Shown in pieces: positions 56,641 to 64,000 of a DNA stretch of 64,000 nt. Made by a program: the position numbers and the translations under genes. Within the stretch, counting starts at the first letter, position 1. The number at the start of each line of letters is the position of its first letter. The notes beneath the pieces were generated by a model. That model saw nothing but the letters and a program-made list of their open reading frames with translations, had not been told where the DNA came from and did no database searches. The stretch comes from a virus: the IMG/VR virus record IMGVR_UViG_3300032294_002823. One strand, 5' to 3'.

Positions 56641-59600
56641 ATGGCTATCAATTTAGGAACTTCTCCCTACTATGATGATTTTGATGTTGAAAAGAATTTT
56701 CACCGAGTTCTTTTCAAGCCCGGTTATGCGGTTCAAGCCCGTGAACTTACTCAACTTCAAACCATTTTACAAAACCAAATACAACGTTTTGGTGACCATG
56801 TATTCAAAGATGGTTCTGTTGTAGTTGGTTGTGCTGAAACATTTCAGTTCAATGTACCATTTGTAAAAGTAAAAAACACCGATTCGGCAGGTATCACAAT
56901 TGGTAGTTCTGCCTATGAGTTATATAAAACAACGCTTGTGAACGCAGTTGTTAGTAACGAACTGGGTGTGTCTGCCAAAATTGTGCGCGTTGATGAAGAT
57001 TCAGCAGGACAACGAGTTCTATATTTGAATTACCAATCATCATTCTACGATGAAACAGCACAAGAACTCATCACTGTGTTTGCTGAAGATGAAGCACTCA
57101 CTGTAGTTGATTCAACCGGTATAACACAATCATTTAGATTTTCTGTTTCAAGTAGTTCAGCCACAGGTGTAGGTTCACTCTACACCATTGATGATGGCAT
57201 TGTCTATGTTGATGGAACATTTGTCCGTCATAACTCACAGACTAAAGTTCTGAGTTTCTATAGTAGTACACCAACAAAAAATATTGGATTCAGAATTATT
57301 GCCAGTACGGTAACATCAAATGATGATGTAAGTTTACTTGATCCTGCTGCAGGGTCTTACAATTATGCAGCACCTGGCGGTGACCGATATAAACTTACCA
57401 CACAACTTGAATCTTACGAAATAACAACGACACCTGACCAAGGATTCCATCTTCTATTCTTAGTTGAAGAAGGAAAGGTGAAGCGCGCATTTAACAAGCC
57501 ACAATATTCAGAATTACAACGAGTATTGGCACAACGAACATATGATGAATCAGGCAACTATGTTGTCACAGGATTAAACGTCAATGTTCGTGAACATTTA
57601 AAAACATCAACAAATAATGGTAAGTACACCGTAGAAACTATTGGTGATGCTTCCAAGTTGGTGTATGGTGTTGAACCCGGTAAAGCCTACGTGGAAGGAT
57701 TTGATACAGAATTAAAATCCACTGATTATCTTGCAGTTGATAAGGCAACTGATACATCATTGGTTGTCGAACAGCAAATTCCTACATTGTTTGGTAATTA
57801 TGTTTATGTAAAGTCTGTGACCGGTAGTTGGTCATTGGCTGAAAACAATGCCACACTCAATCTTCGTGACGGTAGTAGTGTTTTAATTGCCACGGCAAAA
57901 TTCCGTCTATTACGTTTCTATCGTGATGTTACAGGAACAGGAAGTTCAAAATTCTACAAGTTATATCTGTATGGCATCACACTAGAAGCGGGCAAGACGG
58001 TTGATGATTTAACAACTATTCGTAACATCACAACAACAAATTCTAGCGCCACGGTTGCCATTACACCTGGAGATGATTTAGGTTCAGTTACACAAACTGG
58101 ATTTAAATTACACGAAGGCACATATAATTCACTACTATTTCCTACAGGATCCCAAGCTGTTGTACAGTATGAAAATGATACTGACTACTTCTTCTGGAAA
58201 TATTTGGGTGAATATACATTCAACGGTTCAGGTAATGGTAGTATTGCCGTAAGTGGTGTGGGACAAACCTTGGCAGGCACTAGTTCTTCCTTTAAGGATG
58301 ATTTCATTGTTGTTGAACCTTCAGGTGCGTCATACAATTTAGCAGAAATCACAGGATACACACCAACCAATACAACGTCAGGTACATTGGCAGTTGCCGT
58401 GGGTGATGCAGGCGCAAACAGACGAGTATATGCACGAGTTCGTCAAGGTAATGGTGCGCCTATTGATTTGACACTTGACACCACATTCTTGGCAGTAAAT
58501 GGCTCAACCTTAACTTCTACTAGTGCCACTAATTTAGCAGCAGGTAGAATTTACTTGGGCGTGTCACATACCTTACAACTTTTGTCAGTACATATTGCTG
58601 ACGATACTGAAGCATACCCATCAACTGAAAGTGGATTGAGTGCATGGAGTAATGTCACTTCAGAATTTACTCTATATGAAAACTCAAACGACAACGTATA
58701 CAATACGTCATATGTTGAATATACAGGTGCTGAAGATTTAACTGAAAAGAAAATTGTATTGAAGTTCAAAAACTTCACACGCTCATCAACACTAGGTTAC
58801 CTGAATAGAAATTCATATCAAAGTGCCTTGATTGATTTTGATCCAACAACACTTGATTACAACAAGCAAATCTTCACATATGAATTACCTGTGTATACAT
58901 CAGAATCAACAGGCATCACATATGATATTCGTGATGTAATTGATTTCCGACCAACTGTTGAATTACGTTCGGGATATTCAGGTCAAACATATGTTGACGC
59001 TAAAAACAACAATATGAATGCATCACATAATGTGCCTATCACAACGTTGGATACAACAAATGGTATCACGGTACCTGATCCTGATAGCACATTGACGGCA
59101 TCATTCACCATTAATTTACCCAGAAAGGATAAAGTTGTATTAACCCGCGATGGTGAATTTAAGGTGATTACTGGTGTGTCAGCACTTAACCCACAAACAC
59201 CTGCCGATGCCATTAACGCCATGACATTGGCAGTCATAGAATTGGCACCTTACCCATCATTATCAACATTTGCTTCTCGCGTGTACGACCGAGAAGATTA
59301 TGCATCAATTGTTCGTTTAGTAGATAATCGTCGTTACACAATGCGTGACATTGGTGAACTTGAACAACGTGTGAATAGACTTGAATACTACACAGCATTG
59401 TCAATTGCTGAAAATCGTGCTGCCAACATGTTGATTACAGACGATTCAGGTAACGCCATGGTTAAGAAGGGTATTCTTGTTGATGCCTTCGATGGACATG
59501 ATATTGGTAACGTGTTTGATGCTGATTACTATGCATCAATTGATACCAAGAATAAAATATTACGAGCACCCTTCGCATTAAACAACATTGAACTTCATTT

Positions 59601-62349
59601 ACCTTCTGATGACTCTGAGGTCATCACAACAGGATATTCAGGTACATTTACCACTATCACAGAAAATAAATTTGCGTCAAAGGGTCGTGTCTGTGGTAAT
59701 TTGTTACTAGGTAATTACATGGCAGGCGATTTACGTTTGGATCCGCCACAAATCACATGGGTAGATACACAAGTTCGTCCTGATGTTCAAGTAAATTATA
59801 ACGGCGTTAATGATGGATGGGAATTCAATACAAACGCCTTCAAGTTACACTGGAACAGTTGGAAAACCATATGGCAAGGTGTTGAAACAACCAATCTTCC
59901 TGTATTGAGTGTCACTACAGTTGCAGGTTTGGTAGGTGTTCGTGGTAGTGAAGCGGCACCATTAATTTCAGATGTCACAAAAAACATCATTACATCAGGT
60001 AAACTCCCAGAAAACAATCTTAGAAATATTGGTGTTCGTGTATTAGACGTTTCTGTTGTCCCATACATTGAAAAGCAAATCATCACATTCACTGCAACAG
60101 GATTGAAACCCGGTACGGCTGTTCAGGCATATTTTGACGGCGAAGATGTTTCAGCACATTGCCGTTACTTTACATTGCCTACAGGTGTTACTGTAAATAC
60201 AATACGTAATTTGTCAGAAGGCATATTGTCATCACAATATACACCAAGTGCTTCGGCATACGGTGATCCATTAATTGTTGCAACCGATGGTACCTTAGTG
60301 GGACAATTCTTAATCCCTGCGAATACATTCCGCGTGGGAAATAAGGTGTTCAAATTAACAGATATCTCAGAAACAACATCAGCGGCTGCACAATTACAAT
60401 CATCAGGTGTCCCTAACATTGATGATGGTTCAATTTCATCAACACGATTCCCAGCAATTCGTCAAGATGCTCTTTCTGAAACACAAAACAATGTTGTGAG
60501 TCGTTTGTTGTTGTCCAACCCATCAACATTCAATCCCGCATCATTTGGCGATCCCATGGCACAGACCTTCATCATTGAAGGACATCCCGATGGTGTGTTC
60601 TTGAATAAGATTGAATTGTTCTTCAAGAGAAAGTCATCAACCAAGAAGTTCACCATTCAAATCCGTGAAGTCATTAATGGATTCCCGGGCAATAAAATTG
60701 TACCGTTCAGTACCAAGACATTAAATGCATCAGAAATTTCCGTCTCAGGTACTGCAAACACAGCAACCACATTTACATTTGAATCTCCGGTATATCTAAA
60801 GAACAACACAGAATATGCTCTTATGTTATTGCCTGAAAACAACACGACTGAATATGAAGTGTGGGTTTCTGAATTGGGTGAAAATTTAATAGGTACTAAC
60901 GAACGTATCACACAACAACCTTATGTTGGTGTATTGTTCATTCCTAATAATAACACCATCTGGACAGCATTAGAATCTGAAGATTTGAAATTCAAAATGT
61001 ATTCTAGAAGTTTTGAAACAACACGTACCGTCATTCTTGAATCTAAGCCCATTGATTACGTCACCATTTCACAAACAGGTACGTATGTTTTGAAACCAGG
61101 TGATGTTGTTCAAGTATTTGATGACACACAAACAGTGTTGCCCGGAACAATTCAAGTATCAGAAAATGATACCATTGCGGGTTCAAGTACAGACTTCACT
61201 GACCTATCAGTAGGTGACCAACTTCGTGTATTTGCACCTTCGACAACAACCAATTTTACAGGTACTATCAGTATAACAGGTACGGCTGTCACTGGTTCAG
61301 CCACAACATTCACCTCAGACCTACGTGTGGGTGACATTCTATATCAAGATGATAACATCACTGTGATTGGAAAGGTGGCATCAATTCAATCTGACACAGC
61401 ATTAACACTTGAAGCCTCAGGGTCAGGTACTACATTGAATTATCGAGCACGCGCTTTGTTAGGTACAGTAAAAGACATCATCTCTGATACAAGTTTAGTT
61501 CTTGAAAATGATGCAGTGAATATCACAGGAACAGGATTAACCTTCTATAAGGATGATACAACAGCTACAGGTTATGTAACGAAAGTGTATGGCACAACGG
61601 CTGAAATATTCATAACCTCAGGTAGTTTGGCAACAAACGATACATTCACACATGGTGCGTCTACATTCACCATTGATAGTATTGATAACAAGCAAGCTAC
61701 AGCACTTTCACCTAACTTAGGTATCTTGAGTTTAAATCCCTCAACACAAGTGAAATTATCATACACACTACTTGATACATCAAGTACATATTATCCCGGG
61801 TTAGGCGCATATATTACTGTGAACAATAATGATACTGTTGAGTTGCCTAAAGAATTCACAATTTATTCTCATTCAAACACAACAGGAAACATTCCTACAT
61901 TGAAGATAAAGGCGGAATTATCAACCAATAATTCATTGTTAACACCTGTGTTAGACACACGAAAAATTTCTGTTCTAACATTGGCGAATGACATTGCCGC
62001 ATCTGGTTCTTCAGATGCCGTGTATGTCACACGAACTGTAACATTGGATGGTGACGGCGCCGATGACTTGCGTGTATTCTTCGATATGATTCGTCCTGAA
62101 CAATGTTCTGTAATTGTAGAAGCCAAGATGCAGAATGTAGAAGATGATAGACCGTTTGCTGATGTTGATTGGGTAACGTTGAATGAACAGGCTCCTGTTG
62201 TATACAATGGTAACATCTATCAAGAATATAGTTACAGTGTGTCAGCTCCTTCATCATTCGCCAAGTTTGCTGTGAAAATCACAATGAACTCTACTGATAA
62301 GAGCAAAACTCCTCTCATTAAGAATCTTAGAGCAGTAGCGGTGATTTAA
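56641..62349 (+). CDS. Large virion structural protein (VrlC/DUF4815-like)
   Basis: PYYDDF, VLFKPG..VQARELTQLQ, RTYDESGNY, RYTMRDIG, DPMAQTF. Confidence 0.88.
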   Translation: MAINLGTSPYYDDFDVEKNFHRVLFKPGYAVQARELTQLQTILQNQIQRFGDHVFKDGSVVVGCAETFQFNVPFVKVKNTDSAGITIGSSAYELYKTTLVNAVVSNELGVSAKIVRVDEDSAGQRVLYLNYQSSFYDETAQELITVFAEDEALTVVDSTGITQSFRFSVSSSSATGVGSLYTIDDGIVYVDGTFVRHNSQTKVLSFYSSTPTKNIGFRIIASTVTSNDDVSLLDPAAGSYNYAAPGGDRYKLTTQLESYEITTTPDQGFHLLFLVEEGKVKRAFNKPQYSELQRVLAQRTYDESGNYVVTGLNVNVREHLKTSTNNGKYTVETIGDASKLVYGVEPGKAYVEGFDTELKSTDYLAVDKATDTSLVVEQQIPTLFGNYVYVKSVTGSWSLAENNATLNLRDGSSVLIATAKFRLLRFYRDVTGTGSSKFYKLYLYGITLEAGKTVDDLTTIRNITTTNSSATVAITPGDDLGSVTQTGFKLHEGTYNSLLFPTGSQAVVQYENDTDYFFWKYLGEYTFNGSGNGSIAVSGVGQTLAGTSSSFKDDFIVVEPSGASYNLAEITGYTPTNTTSGTLAVAVGDAGANRRVYARVRQGNGAPIDLTLDTTFLAVNGSTLTSTSATNLAAGRIYLGVSHTLQLLSVHIADDTEAYPSTESGLSAWSNVTSEFTLYENSNDNVYNTSYVEYTGAEDLTEKKIVLKFKNFTRSSTLGYLNRNSYQSALIDFDPTTLDYNKQIFTYELPVYTSESTGITYDIRDVIDFRPTVELRSGYSGQTYVDAKNNNMNASHNVPITTLDTTNGITVPDPDSTLTASFTINLPRKDKVVLTRDGEFKVITGVSALNPQTPADAINAMTLAVIELAPYPSLSTFASRVYDREDYASIVRLVDNRRYTMRDIGELEQRVNRLEYYTALSIAENRAANMLITDDSGNAMVKKGILVDAFDGHDIGNVFDADYYASIDTKNKILRAPFALNNIELHLPSDDSEVITTGYSGTFTTITENKFASKGRVCGNLLLGNYMAGDLRLDPPQITWVDTQVRPDVQVNYNGVNDGWEFNTNAFKLHWNSWKTIWQGVETTNLPVLSVTTVAGLVGVRGSEAAPLISDVTKNIITSGKLPENNLRNIGVRVLDVSVVPYIEKQIITFTATGLKPGTAVQAYFDGEDVSAHCRYFTLPTGVTVNTIRNLSEGILSSQYTPSASAYGDPLIVATDGTLVGQFLIPANTFRVGNKVFKLTDISETTSAAAQLQSSGVPNIDDGSISSTRFPAIRQDALSETQNNVVSRLLLSNPSTFNPASFGDPMAQTFIIEGHPDGVFLNKIELFFKRKSSTKKFTIQIREVINGFPGNKIVPFSTKTLNASEISVSGTANTATTFTFESPVYLKNNTEYALMLLPENNTTEYEVWVSELGENLIGTNERITQQPYVGVLFIPNNNTIWTALESEDLKFKMYSRSFETTRTVILESKPIDYVTISQTGTYVLKPGDVVQVFDDTQTVLPGTIQVSENDTIAGSSTDFTDLSVGDQLRVFAPSTTTNFTGTISITGTAVTGSATTFTSDLRVGDILYQDDNITVIGKVASIQSDTALTLEASGSGTTLNYRARALLGTVKDIISDTSLVLENDAVNITGTGLTFYKDDTTATGYVTKVYGTTAEIFITSGSLATNDTFTHGASTFTIDSIDNKQATALSPNLGILSLNPSTQVKLSYTLLDTSSTYYPGLGAYITVNNNDTVELPKEFTIYSHSNTTGNIPTLKIKAELSTNNSLLTPVLDTRKISVLTLANDIAASGSSDAVYVTRTVTLDGDGADDLRVFFDMIRPEQCSVIVEAKMQNVEDDRPFADVDWVTLNEQAPVVYNGNIYQEYSYSVSAPSSFAKFAVKITMNSTDKSKTPLIKNLRAVAVI

Positions 62350-62540
62350 TGGAAACGCCATTTGTACGTGATAAGCATTCCAAGGCACTTATAAATACTG
62401 ACACAACAGTTATTTTTGCTCGGCGTCAAGAAAAGCGTCAAGTGCAGAAGATATCCGAGCTTCAAGAAGAAATTACTGAAGTCAAAAACGACTTATTAGA
62501 AATAAAACAATTATTACAATCAATAATCAACAGAGGATAA
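62349..62540 (+). CDS. Small coiled-coil protein
   Basis: RDKHSKALINTD + coiled coil; TAATG coupling. Confidence 0.75.
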   Translation: METPFVRDKHSKALINTDTTVIFARRQEKRQVQKISELQEEITEVKNDLLEIKQLLQSIINRG

Positions 62541-62543
62541 CTT

Positions 62544-63494
62544 ATGGCTACTTTAACGCTTCGCCAAACAGCCCCAGCAGCAGGAACAAACAAAGGTGCC
62601 CCACTTACTAATGCAGAAGTTGACGCCAACTTCAACAGTTTAGATGTTGCCAAATTGGAAAAATCAGGCGGCACAATGACGGGAACTTTAGTTCTTGTAA
62701 CAGGAACAACAACCATTGCTCCTGTAAAACTTGTGTCTGGAACAAACTTAACAACTCCACAAGCAGGTGCCGTAGAATTTAACGGTACGAACTTGTTTTT
62801 CACCCCAAGTTCAACACGCAAAACTGTCGCCTTCACTGATAGTAATATCACAGGAACATCGGCAGGTTGGACAACTGCTCGCACTGTGACATTCGCCACA
62901 GGTGATGTAACAGGTAACTTCACCATTGATGGTTCTGCAAACGTATCAAACGTAGCGTTAACAATTGCCGCCAACTCAGTTGCTTTAGGTACCGATACTA
63001 CAGGTGATTATGTCGCATCACTAGTGGCAGGCACAGGCGTGACATTAACAAATAATAGTGGCGAAAACGCCACACCCACTGTTGCCATTGGTCAAGCCGT
63101 AGGAACAGCAAGTAACGTGACATTTGGAAGTATCAATGTGGGCTCAGCAACAGGTGCTGCCACAGGACAAATCAAGGCATCAGGTGACATCATTGCCTTC
63201 TCATCCTCAGATGCAGGATTAAAGACAGATGTTGCAGTTATTTCTGATGCTCTCACAAAGGTGAAGGCACTTCGTGGTGTCACATATACTTGGAATGAAG
63301 AAGCCAATGCATTAGGATTACATGGGGCAGATACAGGTGTTATTGCACAAGACGTTGCCGGTGTACTACCTGAAGTTGTAACAACCCGTGAAAGTGGTCA
63401 CATGGCTGTGAAGTATGAAAAGATGATTGGATTATTGATTGAAGCCATTAAGGAATTGGATGATAAGTTAAGTAAGTGCAACTGCACTAAGTAA
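62544..63494 (+). CDS. Tail fibre protein with peptidase S74 intramolecular chaperone
   Basis: PLTNAEVDANF; SSDAGLK, GVIAQDV, LIEAIKEL. Confidence 0.85.
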   Translation: MATLTLRQTAPAAGTNKGAPLTNAEVDANFNSLDVAKLEKSGGTMTGTLVLVTGTTTIAPVKLVSGTNLTTPQAGAVEFNGTNLFFTPSSTRKTVAFTDSNITGTSAGWTTARTVTFATGDVTGNFTIDGSANVSNVALTIAANSVALGTDTTGDYVASLVAGTGVTLTNNSGENATPTVAIGQAVGTASNVTFGSINVGSATGAATGQIKASGDIIAFSSSDAGLKTDVAVISDALTKVKALRGVTYTWNEEANALGLHGADTGVIAQDVAGVLPEVVTTRESGHMAVKYEKMIGLLIEAIKELDDKLSKCNCTK

Positions 63495-63515
63495 TAACAC
63501 AGGAGAACATAGACA

Positions 63516-64000
63516 ATGGCCATCGTATCCAGCGGGCAAATTTCAATTAAAGATGTAGGCGACGAAAAGGGATTGCCGTCAAGTGAACTATCCCTTCAGT
63601 CATTGTCTACAAACAATGTTAACACATTGGATCCTTCTCCTAAGGTGCCTGCCAACACTTCGGGTGCGGTAGGTAATTATCCTGACGGTTCAACACCTCA
63701 TGCTATCAGTGAGTTTTACGCATATAATCATAATTACACAACAACTACAACGTCAACAACAACCACGACAACTGCGGCACCAACTACAACTACCACTTCG
63801 ACAACGACAACAACCGCAGCACCAACAACAACCACAACAACAGCGGCACCGACAACAACGACAACAACGACAACAGCGGCACCGACAACAACGACAACAA
63901 CTGAAGCTCCAACGACAACCACAACAACAGCGGCACCGACAACAACGACAACAACTGAAGCTCCAGCAACAACGACAACAACTGAAGCTCCAACGACAAC
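63516..64000 (+). CDS. Fibre-tip/adhesin-like protein with mucin-like Thr-rich repeats (3' truncated; not in ORF track)
   Basis: AGGAG SD; MAIVSSGQIS...ISEFY then repeated TTTTT(T)AAP/EAP. Confidence 0.8.
   Translation, partial: MAIVSSGQISIKDVGDEKGLPSSELSLQSLSTNNVNTLDPSPKVPANTSGAVGNYPDGSTPHAISEFYAYNHNYTTTTTSTTTTTTAAPTTTTTSTTTTTAAPTTTTTTAAPTTTTTTTTAAPTTTTTTEAPTTTTTTAAPTTTTTTEAPATTTTTEAPTT

Noticed and set aside
1-64000. Stop-codon recoding, introns or inteins
   Set aside because: Core genes are full length under the standard code and all three stops terminate genes; no intein or homing-intron signature seen

Overview
A 64-kb segment of a large T4-like (Kyanoviridae/Tevenvirinae-grade) myovirus genome; no host chromosome is evident. 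(1) 1-6.4 kb is a visibly GC-richer early region. It has phased non-coding repeats, then about 10 near-identical sigma70 promoter repeats, each driving one or a few small ORFs (many leaderless), and a recurrent 25-bp palindrome. (2) 6.5-35 kb is an AT-rich accessory region: DksA/TraR finger, IscA, PurA, GMP reductase, APS-kinase/nucleotidyltransferase fusion, three sulfotransferase-like genes, two QueC-like PP-loop proteins, UvsE, PspC, amidase, DsbA, DNA ligase, PhoH and exonuclease. It also holds an 11-kb operon of 5 radical-SAM, 3 SGNH, methyltransferase and carbamoyltransferase genes, a circularly permuted (two-piece) tmRNA, and a subtilase with a C-terminal knottin-spaced six-Cys tail. 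(3) 35-64 kb is T4-type core: gp33, gp59, gp32, tape-measure-like gp29, gp26/gp51 (apparently joined by a -1 frameshift), gp54/gp19-like, gp2, gp4, gp48, gp53, hub, split gp5, gp25, gp6, gp7, gp8, a VrlC/DUF4815-like protein, an S74 tail fibre and a mucin-like Thr-rich fibre protein truncated at the window end. All calls come from motif recognition by eye; no database searches were run.
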